In this document: in pieces, positions 40,268-55,600 of the stretch
Layout of the letters: every line of letters begins with the position of its first letter
How positions within the stretch are numbered: the first letter of the stretch is position 1
Source: Auanema rhodensis
Taxonomy: Eukaryota > Animalia > Nematoda
Assembly: GCA_964057225.1 (NCBI GenBank)
Contig: OZ059900.1
Span: 124,001 to 188,000, forward strand
Direction of reading: 5' to 3'
Length of the DNA: 64,000 nt
Made by a program: the position numbers and the translations under genes
Notes under the pieces: model-generated
Database searches by the model: none
What the model was told of the DNA's origin: nothing
Seen by the model: the letters and a program-made list of their open reading frames with translations, nothing else

Positions 40268-43045
40268 ACTAAGTATGGTCGTTTTTATGCCTTTAACACC
40301 ATATACTCACCGATTTTTGGTACAAAATCTGTAATACTCGTAAATTTTGATCATATTCGTTAAGATTTGAGAATCAAACACACAATACACAAAATCAGTC
40401 TATTTTTATGAGCTTGCACTGATATATATTCATTTTGATCAAAAAAGGTCGAAAATAGAAAGAATTTTTGAAATTTCCGAGTTTTGAGTCCAATTTGGCT
40501 GAATCGCTCATATATATGATCAAAAGCATAGTTTTATTGTCTATAACAACAAAAGTCATCAATTAAACGCTAGTGATGTTTTAATACTGAATTTCGCTCA
40601 AATAGCATTACTACACTAAGTATGGTCGTTTTTATGCCTTTAACACCATATACTCACCGATTTTTGGTACAAAATCTGTAATACTTGTAAATTTTGATCA
40701 TATTCGTTAAGATTTGAGAATCAAACACACAATACACAAAATCAGTCTATTTTTATGAGCTTGCACTGATATATATTCATTTTGATCAAAAAAGGTCGAA
40801 AATAGAAAGAATTTTTGAAATTTCCGAGTTTTGAGTCCAATTTGGCTAAATCGCTCATATATATGATCAAAAGCATAGTTTTATTGTCTATAACAACAAA
40901 AGTCATCAATTAAACGCTAGTGATGTTTAAATACTGAATTTCGCTCAAATAGCATAACTACACTAAGTATGGTCGTTTTTATGCCTTTAACACCATATAC
41001 TCACCGATTTTTGGTACAAAATCTGTAATACTCGTAAATTTTGATCATATTCGTTAAGATTTGAGAATCAAACATACAATACACGAAATCAGTCTATTTT
41101 TATGAGCTTGCACTGATATATATTCATTTTGATCAAAAAAGATCGAAAATAGAAAGAATTTTTGAAATTTCCGAGTTTTGAGTCTAATTTGGCTAAATCG
41201 CTCATATATATGATCAGAAGCATAGTTTTGTTGTCTATGACAACAAAAGTCATCAATTAAACGCTAGTGATGTTTAAATACTGATTTTCGCTCAAATAGC
41301 ATTACTACACTAAGTATGGTCGTTTTTATGCCTTTAACACCATATACTCACCGATTTTTGGTACAAAATCTGTAATACTCGTAAATTTTGATCATATTCG
41401 TTAAGATTTGAGAATCAAACACACAATACACAAAATCAGTCTATTTTGATGAGCTTGCACTGATATATATTCATTTTGATCAAAAAAGGTCGAAAATAGA
41501 AAGAATTTTTGAAATTTCCGAGTTTTGAGTCCAATTTGGCTAAATCGCTCATATATATGATCAAAAGCATAGTTTTATTGTCTATAACAACAAAAGTCAT
41601 CAATTAAACGCTAGTGATGTTTAAATACTGAATTTCGCTCAAATAGCATTACTACACTAAGTATGGTCGTTTTTATGCCTTTAACACCATATACTCACCG
41701 ATTTTTGGTACAAATTCTGTAATACTCGTAAATTTTGATCATATTCGTTAAGATTCGAGAATCAAACATACAATACACGAAATCAGTCTATTTTTATGAG
41801 CTTGCACTGATATATATTCATTTTGATCAAAAAAGGTCGAAAATAGAAAGAATTTTTGAAATTTCCGAGTTTTGAGTCCAATTTGGCTAAATCGCTCATA
41901 TATATGATCAAAAGCATAGTTTTATTGTCTATAACAACAAAAGTCATCAATTAAACGCTAGTGATGTTTAAATACTGAATTTCGCTCAAATAGCATTACT
42001 ACACTAAGTATGGTCGTTTTTATGCCTTTAACACCATATACTCACCGATTTTTGGTACAAAATCTGTAATACTCGTAAATTTTGATCATATTCGTTAAGA
42101 TTTGAGAATCAAACACACAATACACGAAATCAGTCTATTTTTATGAGCTTGCACTGATATATATTCATTTTGATCAAAAAAGGTCGAAAATAGAAAGAAT
42201 TTTTGAATTTTCCGAGTTTTGAGTCCAATTGGGCTAAATCGCTCATATATATGATCAAAAGCATAGTTTTATTGTCTATGACAACAAAAGTCATTAATTA
42301 AACACTAATGATGTTTAAATCACTAAATTTCGCTCAAATAGCATTACTACACTAAGTATGGTCGTTTTTATGCCTTTAACACCATATACTCACCGATTTT
42401 TGGTACAAAATCTGTAATACTCGTAAATTTTGATCATATTCGTTAAGATTTGAGAATCAAACACACAATACACAAAATCAGTCTATTTTTATGAGCTTGC
42501 ACTGATATATATTCATTTTGATCAAAAAAGGTCGAAAATAGAAAGAATTTTTGAAATTTCCGAGTTTTGAGTCCAATTTGGCTGAATCGCTCATATATAT
42601 GATCAAAAGCATAGTTTTATTGTCTATAACAACAAAAGTCATCAATTAAACGCTAGTGATGTTTTAATACTGAATTTCGCTCAAATAGCATTACTACACT
42701 AAGTATGGTCGTTTTTATGCCTTTAACACCATATACTCACCGATTTTTGGTACAAAATCTGTAATACTTGTAAATTTTGATCATATTCGTTAAGATTTGA
42801 AAATCAAACACACATTGAACAAAATCAGTTTATTTTTATGAGTTTGCACTGATATATATTCATTTTGATCAAAAAAGGTCGAAAATAGAAAGAATTTTTG
42901 AATTTTCCGAGTCTTGAGTCCAATTGGGCTAAATCGCTCATATATATGATCAAAAGCATAGTTTTATTGTCTATGACAACAAAAGTCATTAATTAAACAC
43001 TAATGATGTTTAAATCACTAAATTTCGCTCAAATAGCATTACTAC
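38184..43045 (+). repeat. Local duplication of a 6-monomer block at 8-monomer offset
   Basis: The AAGATCG, TTGATGAG, CAAATTC ... CACATTGA series at 38184-40267 is repeated at 40962-43045 (offset 2778 bp). Confidence 0.85.
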
Positions 43046-46000
43046 ACTAAGTATGGTCGTTTTTATGCCTTTAACACCATATACTCACCGATTTTTGGTA
43101 CAAAATCTGTAATACTCGTAAATTTTGATCATATTCGTTAAGATTTGAGAATCAAACACACAATACACAAAATCAGTCTATTTTTATGAGCTTGCACTGA
43201 TATATATTCATTTTGATCAAAAAAGGTCGAAAATAGAAAGAATTTTTGAAATTTCCGAGTTTTGAGTCTAATTTGGCTAAATCGCTCATATATATGATCA
43301 GAAGCATAGTTTTGTTGTCTATGACAACAAAAGTCATCAATTAAACGCTAGTGATGTTTAAATACTGATTTTCGCTCAAATAGCATTACTACACTAAGTA
43401 TGGTCGTTTTTATGCCTTTAACACCATATACTCACCGATTTTTGGTACAAAATCTGTAATACTCGTAAATTTTGATCATATTCGTTAAGATTTGAGAATC
43501 AAACACACAATAAACAGAATCAGTCTATTTTTATGAGCTTGCACTGATATATATTCATTTTGATCAAAAAAGGTCGAAAATAGAAAGAATTTTTGAAATT
43601 TCCGAGTTTTGAGTCTAATTTGGCTAAATCGCTCATATATATGATCAGAAGCATAGTTTTGTTGTCTATGACAACAAAAGTCATCAATTAAACGCTAGTG
43701 ATGTTTAAATACTGATTTTCGCTCAAATAGCATTACTACACTAAGTATGGTCGTTTTTATGCCTTTAACACCATATACTCACCGATTTTTGGTACAAAAT
43801 CTGTAATACTCGTAAATTTTGATCATATTCGTTAAGATTTGAAAATCAAACACACAATAAACAAAATCAGTCTATTTTTATGAGCTTGCACTGATATATA
43901 TTCATTTTGATCAAAAAAGGTCGAAAATAGAAAGAATTTTTGAAATTTCCGAGTTTTGAGTCCAATTTGGCTAAATCGCTCATATATATGATCAAAAGCA
44001 TGGTTTTATTGTCTATAACAACAAAAGTCATCAATTAAACGCTAGTGATGTTTAAATACTGAATTTCGCTCAAATAGCATTACTACACTAAGTATGGTCG
44101 TTTTTATGCCTTTAACACCATATACTCACCGATTTTTGGTACAAAATCTGTAATACTCGTAAATTTTGATCATATTCGTTAAGATTTGAGAATCAAACAC
44201 ACAATACACGAAATCAGTCTATTTTTATGAGCTTGCACTGATATATATTCATTTTGATCAAAAAAGGTCGAAAATAGAAAGAATTTTTGAATTTTCCGAG
44301 TTTTGAGTCCAATTGGGCTAAATCGCTCATATATATGATCAAAAGCATAGTTTTATTGTCTATGACAACAAAAGTCATTAATTAAACACTAATGATGTTT
44401 AAATCACTAAATTTCGCTCAAATAGCATTACTACACTAAGTATGGTCGTTTTTATGCCTTTAACACCATATACTCACCGATTTTTGGTACAAAATCTGTA
44501 ATACTCGTAAATTTTGATCATATTCGTTAAGATTTGAGAATCAAACACACAATACACAAAATCAGTCTATTTTTATGAGCTTGCACTGATATATATTCAT
44601 TTTGATCAAAAAAGGTCGAAAATAGAAAGAATTTTTGAAATTTCCGAGTTTTGAGTCTAATTTGGCTAAATCGCTCATATATATGATCAAAAGCATAGTT
44701 TTATTGTCTATAGCAACAAAAGTCATCAATTAAACGCTAGTGATGTTTAAATACTGAATTTCGCTCAAATAGCATTACTACACTAAGTATGGTCGTTTTT
44801 ATGCCTTTAACACCATATACTCACCGATTTTTGGTACAAAATCTGTAATACTCGTAAATTTTGATCATATTCGTTAAGATTCGAGAATCAAACATACAAT
44901 ACACAAAATCAGTCTATTTTTATGAGCTTGCACTGATATATATTCATTTTGATCAAAAAAGGTCGAAAATAGAAAGAATTTTGGAAATGTCCGAGTTTTG
45001 AGTCCAATTTGGCTAAATCGCTCATATATATGATCAAAAGCATAGTTTTATTGTCTATAACAACAAAAGTCATCAATTAAACGCTAGTGATGTTTAAATA
45101 CTGAATTTCGCTCAAATAGCATTACTACACTAAGTATGGTCGTTTTTATGCCTTTAACACCATATACTCACCGATTTTTGGTACAAAATCTGTAATACTC
45201 GTAAATTTTGATCATATTCGTTAAGATTTGAGAATCAAACACACAATACACAAAATCAGTCTATTTTTATGAGCTTGCACTGATATATATTCATTTTGAT
45301 CAAAAAAGGTCGAAAATAGAAAGAATTTTTGAAATTTCCGAGTTTTGAGTCCAATTTGGCTAAATCGCTCATATATATGATCAAAAGCATAGTTTTATTG
45401 TCTATAACAACAAAAGTCATCAATTAAACGCTAGTGATGTTTTAATACTGAATTTCGCTCAAATAGCATTACTACACTAAGTATGGTCGTTTTTATGCCT
45501 TTAACACCATATACTCACCGATTTTTGGTACAAAATCTGTAATACTTGTAAATTTTGATCATATTTGTTAAGATTTGAGAATCAAACACACAATACACAA
45601 AATCAGTCTATTTTTATGAGTTTGCACTGATATATATTCATTTTGATCAAAAAAGGTCGAAAATAGAAAGAATTTTGGAAATGTCCGAGTTTTGAGTCCA
45701 ATTTGGCTAAATCGCTCATATATATGATCAAAAGCATAGTTTTATTGTCTATAACAACAAAAGTCATCAATTAAACGCTAGTGATGTTTAAATACTGAAT
45801 TTCGCTCAAATAGCATTACTACACTAAGTATGGTCGTTTTTATGCCTTTAACACCATATACTCACCGATTTTTGGTACAAAATCTGTAATACTTGTAAAT
45901 TTTGATCATATTTGTTAAGATTTGAGAATCAAACACACAATACACAAAATCAGTCTATTTTTATGAGTTTGCACTGATATATATTCATTTTGATCAAAAA

Positions 46001-49000
46001 AGGTCGAAAATAGAAAGAATTTTGGAAATGTCCGAGTTTTGAGTCCAATTTGGCTAAATCGCTCATATATATGATCAAAAGCATAGTTTTATTGTCTATA
46101 ACAACAAAAGTCATCAATTAAACGCTAGTGATGTTTAAATACTGAATTTCGCTCAAATAGCATAACTACACTAAGTATGGTCGTTTTTATGCCTTTAACA
46201 CCATATACTCACCGATTTTTGGTACAAAATCTGTAATACTCGTAAATTTTGATCATATTCGTTAAGATTTGAGAATCAAACATACAATACACGAAATCAG
46301 TCTATTTTTATGAGCTTGCACTGATATATATTCATTTTGATCAAAAAAGGTCGAAAATAGAAAGAATTTTTGAAATTTCCGAGTTTTGAGTCTAATTTGG
46401 CTAAATCGCTCATATATATGATCAGAAGCATAGTTTTGTTGTCTATGACAACAAAAGTCATCAATTAAACGCTAGTGATGTTTAAATACTGATTTTCGCT
46501 CAAATAGCATTACTACACTAAGTATGGTCGTTTTTATGCCTTTAACACCATATACTCACCGATTTTTGGTACAAAATCTGTAATACTTGTAAATTTTGAT
46601 CATATTTGTTAAGATTTGAGAATCAAACACACAATACACAAAATCAGTCTATTTTCATGAGCTTGCACTGATATATATTCATTTTGATCAAAAAAGGTCG
46701 AAAATAGAAAGAATTTTTGAAATTTCCGAGTTTTGAGTCCAATTTGGCTAAATCGCTCATATATATGATCAAAAGCATAGTTTTATTGTCTATAACAACA
46801 AAAGTCATCAATTAAACGCTAGTGATGTTTAAATACTGAATTTCGCTCAAATAGCATAACTACACTAAGTATGGTCGTTTTTATGCCTTTAACACCATAT
46901 ACTCACCGATTTTTGGTACAAAATCTGTAATACTCGTAAATTTTGATCATATTCGTTAAGATTTGAGAATCAAACACACAATACACGAAATCAGTCTATT
47001 TTTATGAGCTTGCACTGATATATATTCATTTTGATCAAAAAAGGTCGAAAATAGAAAGAATTTTTGAATTTTCCGAGTTTTGAGTCCAATTGGGCTAAAT
47101 CGCTCATATATATGATCAAAAGCATAGTTTTATTGTCTATGACAACAAAAGTCATTAATTAAACACTAATGATGTTTAAATCACTAAATTTCGCTCAAAT
47201 AGCATTACTACACTAAGTATGGTCGTTTTTATGCCTTTAACACCATATACTCACCGATTTTTGGTACAAAATCTGTAATACTCGTAAATTTTGATCATAT
47301 TCGTTAAGATTTGAAAATCAAACACACAATAAACAAAATCAGTTTATTTTTATGAGTTTGCACTGATATATATTCATTTTGATCAAAAAAGGTCGAAAAT
47401 AGAAAGAATTTTTGAAATTTCCGAGTTTTGAGTCTAATTTGGCTAAATCGCTCATATATATGATCAGAAGCATAGTTTTGTTGTCTATGACAACAAAAGT
47501 CATCAATTAAACGCTAGTGATGTTTAAATACTGATTTTCGCTCAAATAGCATTACTACACTAAGTATGGTCGTTTTTACGCCTTTAACACCATATACTCA
47601 GCGATTTTTGGTACAAAATCTGTAATACTCGTAAATTTTGATCATATTCGTTAAGATTTGAGAATCAAACACACAATACACAAAATCAGTCTATTTTCAT
47701 GAGCTTGCACTGATATATATTCATTTTGATCAAAAAAGGTCGAAAATAGAAAGAATTTTTGAAATTTCCGAGTTTTGAGTCCAATTTGGCTAAATCGCTC
47801 ATATATATGATCAAAAGCATAGTTTTATTGTCTATAACAACAAAAGTCATCAATTAAACGCTAGTGATGTTTAAATACTGAATTTCGCTCAAATAGCATT
47901 ACTACACTAAGTATGGTCGTTTTTATGCCTTTAACACCATATACTCACCGATTTTTGGTACAAAATCTGTAATACTCGTAAATTTTGATCATATTCGTTA
48001 AGATTTGAGAATCAAACACACAATACACGAAATCAGTCTATTTTTATGAGCTTGCACTGATATATATTCATTTTGATCAAAAAAGGTCGAAAATAGAAAG
48101 AATTTTTGAATTTTCCGAGTTTTGAGTCCAATTGGGCTAAATCGCTCATATATATGATCAAAAGCATAGTTTTATTGTCTATGACAACAAAAGTCATTAA
48201 TTAAACACTAATGATGTTTAAATCACTAAATTTCGCTCAAATAGCATTACTACACTAAGTATGGTCGTTTTTATGCCTTTAACACCATATACTCACCGAT
48301 TTTTGGTACAAAATCTGTAATACTCGTAAATTTTGATCATATTCGTTAAGATTTGAAAATCAAACACACAATAAACAAAATCAGTTTATTTTTATGAGTT
48401 TGCACTGATATATATTCATTTTGATCAAAAAAGGTCGAAAATAGAAAGAATTTTTGAATTTTCCGAGTTTTGAGTCCAATTGGGCTAAATCGCTCATATA
48501 TATGATCAAAAGCATAGTTTTATTGTCTATGACAACAAAAGTCATTAATTAAACACTAATGATGTTTAAATCACTAAATTTCGCTCAAATAGCATTACTA
48601 CACTAAGTATGGTCGTTTTTATGCCTTTAACACAATATACTCACCGATTTTTGGTACAAAATCTGTAATACTCGTAAATTTTGATCATATTCGTTAAGAT
48701 TTGAGAATCAAACACACAATACACAAAATCAGTCTATTTTTATGAGCTTGCACTGATATATATTCATTTTGATCAAAAAAGGTCGAAAATAGAAAGAATT
48801 TTTGAAATTTCCGAGTTTTGAGTCCAATTTGGCTAAATCGCTCATATATATGATCAAAAGCATAGTTTTATTGTCTATAACAACAAAAGTCATCAATTAA
48901 ACGCTAGTGATGTTTTAATACTGAATTTCGCTCAAATAGCATTACTACACTAAGTATGGTCGTTTTTATGCCTTTAACACCATATACTCACCGATTTTTG

Positions 49001-49642
49001 GTACAAAATCTGTAATACTTGTAAATTTTGATCATATTTGTTAAGATTTGAGAATCAAACACACAATACACAAAATCAGTCTATTTTTATGAGTTTGCAC
49101 TGATATATATTCATTTTGATCAAAAAAGGTCGAAAATAGAAAGAATTTTGGAAATGTCCGAGTTTTGAGTCCAATTTGGCTAAATCGCTCATATATATGA
49201 TCAAAAGCATAGTTTTATTGTCTATAACAACAAAAGTCATCAATTAAACGCTAGTGATGTTTAAATACTGAATTTCGCTCAAATAGCATAACTACACTAA
49301 GTATGGTCGTTTTTATGCCTTTAACACCATATACTCACCGATTTTTGGTACAAAATCTGTAATACTCGTAAATTTTGATCATATTCGTTAAGATTCGAGA
49401 ATCAAACATACAATACACGAAATCAGTCTATTTTTATGAGCTTGCACTGATATATATTCATTTTGATCAAAAAAGGTCGAAAATAGAAAGAATTTTTGAA
49501 ATTTCCGAGTTTTGAGTCCAATTTGGCTGAATCGCTCATATATATGATCAAAAGCATAGTTTTATTGTCTATAACAACAAAAGTCATCAATTAAACGCTA
49601 GTGATGTTTTAATACTGAATTTCGCTCAAATAGCATTACTAC

Positions 49643-52600
49643 ACTAAGTATGGTCGTTTTTATGCCTTTAACACCATATACTCACCGATTTTTGGTACAA
49701 AATCTGTAATACTCGTAAATTTTGATCATATTCGTTAAGATTTGAAAATCAAACACACAATAAACAAAATCAGTCTATTTTTATGAGTTTGCACTGATAT
49801 ATATTCATTTTGATCAAAAAAGGTCGAAAATAGAAAGAATTTTTGAATTTTCCGAGTTTTGAGTCCAATTGGGCTAAATCGCTCATATATATGATCAAAA
49901 GCATAGTTTTATTGTCTATGACAACAAAAGTCATTAATTAAACACTAATGATGTTTAAATCACTAAATTTCGCTCAAATAGCATTACTACACTAAGTATG
50001 GTCGTTTTTATGCCTTTAACACCATATACTCACCGATTTTTGGTACAAAATCTGTAATACTCGTAAATTTTGATCATATTCGTTAAGATTTGAGAATCAA
50101 ACACACAATACACAAAATCAGTCTATTTTTATGAGCTTGCACTGATATATATTCATTTTGATCAAAAAAGGTCGAAAATAGAAAGAATTTTTGAAATTTC
50201 CGAGTTTTGAGTCCAATTTGGCTAAATCGCTCATATATATGATCAAAAGCATAGTTTTATTGTCTATAACAACAAAAGTCATCAATTAAACGCTAGTGAT
50301 GTTTTAATACTGAATTTCGCTAAAATAGCATTACTACACTAAGTATGGTCGTTTTTATGCCTTTAACACCATATACTCACTGATTTTTGGTACAAAATCT
50401 GTAATACTTGTAAATTTTGATCATATTTGTTAAGATTTGAGAATCAAACACACAATACACAAAATCAGTCTATTTTTATGAGTTTGCACTGATATATATT
50501 CATTTTGATCAAAAAAGGTCGAAAATAGAAAGAATTTTGGAAATGTCCGAGTTTTGAGTCCAATTTGGCTAAATCGCTCATATATATGATCAAAAGCATA
50601 GTTTTATTGTCTATAACAACAAAAATCATCAATTAAACGCTAGTGATGTTTAAATACTGAATTTCGCTCAAATAGCATTACTACACTAAGTATGGTCGTT
50701 TTTATGCCTTTAACACCATATACTCACCGATTTTTGGTACAAAATCTGTAATACTCGTAAATTTTGATCATATTCGTTAAGATTTGAGAATCAAACACAC
50801 AATACACAAAATCAGTCTATTTTTATGAGCTTGCACTGATATATATTCATTTTGATCAAAAAAGGTCGAAAATAGAAAGAATTTTTGAATTTTCCGAGTT
50901 TTGAGTCCAATTGGGCTAAATCGCTCATATATATGATCAAAAGCATAGTTTTATTGTCTATGACAACAAAAGTCATTAATTAAACACTAATGATGTTTAA
51001 ATTACTAAATTTCGCTCAAATAGCATTACTACACTAAGTATGGTCGTATTTATGCCTTTAACACCATATACTCACCGATTTTTGGTACAAAATCTGTAAT
51101 ACTCGTAAATTTTGATCATATTCGTTAAGATTTGAGAATCAAACACACAATACACAAAATCAGTCTATTTTGATGAGCTTGCACTGATATATATTCATTT
51201 TGATCAAAAAAGGTCGAAAATAGAAAGAATTTTTGAATTTTCCGAGTTTTGAGTCCAATTGGGCTAAATCGCTCATATATATGATCAAAAGCATAGTTTT
51301 ATTGTCTATAACAACAAAAGTCATCAATTAAACGCTAGTGATGTTTTAATACTGAATTTCGCTCAAATAGCATTACTACACTAAGTATGGTCGTTTTTAT
51401 GCCTTTAACACCATATACTCACCGATTTTTGGTACAAAATCTGTAATACTCGTAAATTTTGATCATATTCGTTAAGATTTGAGAATCAAACACACAATAC
51501 ACAAAATCAGTCTATTTTTATGAGCTTGCACTGATATATATTCATTTTGATCAAAAAAGGTCGAAAATAGAAAGAATTTTTGAAATTTCCGAGTTTTGAG
51601 TCCAATTTGGCTAAATCGCTCATATATATGATCAAAAGCATAGTTTTATTGTCTATGACAACAAAAGTCATTAATTAAACACTAATGATGTTTAAATACT
51701 GAATTTCGCTCAAATAGCATTACTACACTAAGTATGGTCGTTTTTATGCCTTTAACACCATATACTCACCGATTTTTGGTACAAAATCTGTAATACTCGT
51801 AAATTTTGATCATATTCGTTAAGATTTGAGAATCAAACACACAATACACAAAATCAGTCTATTTTTATGAGCTTGCACTGATATATATTCATTTTGATCA
51901 AAAAAGGTCGAAAATAGAAAGAATTTTTGAAATTTCCGAGTTTTGAGTCCAATTTGGCTAAATCGCTCATATATATGATCAAAAGCATAGTTTTATTGTC
52001 TATAACAACAAAAGTCATCAATTAAACGCTAGTGATGTTTTAATACTGAATTTCGCTCAAATAGCATTACTACACTAAGTATGGTCGTTTTTATGCCTTT
52101 AACACCATATACTCACCGATTTTTGGTACAAAATCTGTAATACTTGTAAATTTTGATCATATTTGTTAAGATTTGAGAATCAAACATACAATACACGAAA
52201 TCAGTCTATTTTTATGAGCTTGCACTGATATATATTCATTTTGATCAAAAAAGGTCGAAAATAGAAAGAATTTTTGAAATTTCCGAGTTTTGAGTCTAAT
52301 TTGGCTAAATCGCTCATATATATGATCAGAAGCAAAGTTTTATTGTCTATGATAACAAAAGTCATCAATTAAACGCTAGTGATGTTTAAATACTGATTTT
52401 CGCTCAAATAGCATTACTACACTAAGTATGGTCGTTTTTATGCCTTTAACACCATATACTCACCGATTTTTGGTACAAAATCTGTAATACTCGTAAATTT
52501 TGATCATATTCGTTAAGATTTGAGAATCAAACACACAATACACAAAGTCAGTCTATTTTTATGAGCTTGCACTGATATATATTCATTTTGATCAAAAAAG

Positions 52601-55600
52601 GTCGAAAATAGAAAGAATTTTTGAAATTTCCGAGTTTTGAGTCCAATTTGGCTAAATCGCTCATATATATGATCAAAAGCATAGTTCTATTGTCTATAAC
52701 AACAAAAGTCATCAATTAAACGCTAGTGATGTTTAAATACTGAATTTCGCTCAAATAGCATTACTACACTAAGTATGGTCGTTTTTATGCCTTTAACACC
52801 ATATACTCACCGATTTTTGGTACAAAATCTGTAATACTCGTAAATTTTGATCATATTCGTTAAGATTTGAGAATCAAACACACAATACACGAAATCAGTC
52901 TATTTTCATGAGCTTGCACTGATATATATTCATTTTGATCAAAAAAGGTCGAAAATAGAAAGAATTTTTGAATTTTCCGAGTTTTGAGTCCAATTGGGCT
53001 AAATCGCTCATATATATGATCAAAAGCATAGTTTTATTGTCTATGACAACAAAAGTCATTAATTACACACTAATGATGTTTAAATCACTAAATTTCGCTC
53101 AAATAGCATTACTACACTAAGTATGGTCGTTTTTATGCCTTTAACACCATATACTCACCGATTTTTGGTACAAAATCTGTAATACTCGTAAATTTTGATC
53201 ATATTCGTTAAGATTTGAGAATCAAACACACAATACACAAAATCAGTCTATTTTTATGAGCTTGCACTGATATATATTCATTTTGATCAAAAAAGGTCGA
53301 AAATAGAAAGAATTTTTGAAATTTCCGAGTTTTGAGTCCAATTTGGCTAAATCGCTCATATATATGATCAAAAGCATAGTTTTATTGTCTATAACAACAA
53401 AAGTCATCAATTAAACGCTAGTGATGTTTTAATACTGAATTTCGCTCAAATAGCATTACTACACTAAGTATGGTCGTTTTTATGCCTTTAACACCATATA
53501 CTCACCGATTTTTGGTACAAAATCTGTAATACTTGTAAATTTTGATCATATTTGTTAAGATTTGAGAATCAAACACACAATACACAAAATCAGTCTATTT
53601 TTATGAGTTTGCACTGATATATATTCATTTTGATCAAAAAAGGTCGAAAATAGAAAGAATTTTGGAAATGTCCGAGTTTTGAGTCCAATTTGGCTAAATC
53701 GCTCATATATATGATCAAAAGCATAGTTTTATTGTCTATAACAACAAAAGTCATCAATTAAACGCTAGTGATGTTTAAATACTGAATTTCGCTCGAATAG
53801 CATTACTACACTAAGTATGGTCGTTTTTATGCCTTTAACACCATATACTCACCGATTTTTGGTACAAAATCTGTAATACTCGTAAATTTTGATCATATTC
53901 GTTAAGATTTGAGAATCAAACATACAATACACAAAATCAGTCTATTTTCATGAGCTTGCACTGATATATATTCATTTTGATCAAAAAAGGTCGAAAATAG
54001 AAAGAATTTTTGAAATTTACGAGTTTTGAGTCTAATTTGGCTAAATCGCTCATATATATGATCAGAAGCATAGTTTTATTGTCTATGACAACAAAAGTCA
54101 TTAGTTAAACACTAATGATGTTTAAATCACTAAATTTCGCTCAAATAGCATTACTACACTAAGTATGGTCGTTTTTATGCCTTTAACACCATATACTCAC
54201 CGATTTTTGGTACAAAATCTGTAATACTTGTAAATTTTGATCATATTTGTTAAGATTTGAGAATCAAACACACAATACACAAAATCAGTCTATTTTTATG
54301 AGTTTGCACTGATATATATTCATTTTGATCAAAAAAGGTCGAAAATAGAAAGAATTTTGGAAATGTCCGAGTTTTGAGTCCAATTTGGCTAAATCGCTCA
54401 TATATATGATCAAAAGCATAGTTTTATTGTCTATAACAACAAAAGTCATCAATTAAACGCTAGTGATGTTTAAATACTGAATTTCGCTCAAATAGCATAA
54501 CTACACTAAGTATGGTCGTTTTTATGCCTTTAACACCATATACTCACCGATTTTTGGTACAAAATCTGTAATACTCGTAAATTTTGATCATATTCGTTAA
54601 GATTTGAGAATCAAACATACAATACACGAAATCAGTCTATTTTTATGAGCTTGCACTGATATATATTCATTTTGATCAAAAAAGATCGAAAATAGAAAGA
54701 ATTTTTGAAATTTCCGAGTTTTGAGTCTAATTTGGCTAAATCGCTCATATATATGATCAGAAGCATAGTTTTGTTGTCTATGACAACAAAAGTCATCAAT
54801 TAAACGCTAGTGATGTTTAAATACTGATTTTCGCTCAAATAGCATTACTACACTAAGTATGGTCGTTTTTATGCCTTTAACACCATATACTCACCGATTT
54901 TTGGTACAAAATCTGTAATACTCGTAAATTTTGATCATATTCGTTAAGATTTGAGAATCAAACACACAATACACAAAATCAGTCTATTTTGATGAGCTTG
55001 CACTGATATATATTCATTTTGATCAAAAAAGGTCGAAAATAGAAAGAATTTTTGAAATTTCCGAGTTTTGAGTCCAATTTGGCTAAATCGCTCATATATA
55101 TGATCAAAAGCATAGTTTTATTGTCTATAACAACAAAAGTCATCAATTAAACGCTAGTGATGTTTAAATACTGAATTTCGCTCAAATAGCATTACTACAC
55201 TAAGTATGGTCGTTTTTATGCCTTTAACACCATATACTCACCGATTTTTGGTACAAATTCTGTAATACTCGTAAATTTTGATCATATTCGTTAAGATTCG
55301 AGAATCAAACATACAATACACGAAATCAGTCTATTTTTATGAGCTTGCACTGATATATATTCATTTTGATCAAAAAAGGTCGAAAATAGAAAGAATTTTT
55401 GAAATTTCCGAGTTTTGAGTCCAATTTGGCTAAATCGCTCATATATATGATCAAAAGCATAGTTTTATTGTCTATAACAACAAAAGTCATCAATTAAACG
55501 CTAGTGATGTTTAAATACTGAATTTCGCTCAAATAGCATTACTACACTAAGTATGGTCGTTTTTATGCCTTTAACACCATATACTCACCGATTTTTGGTA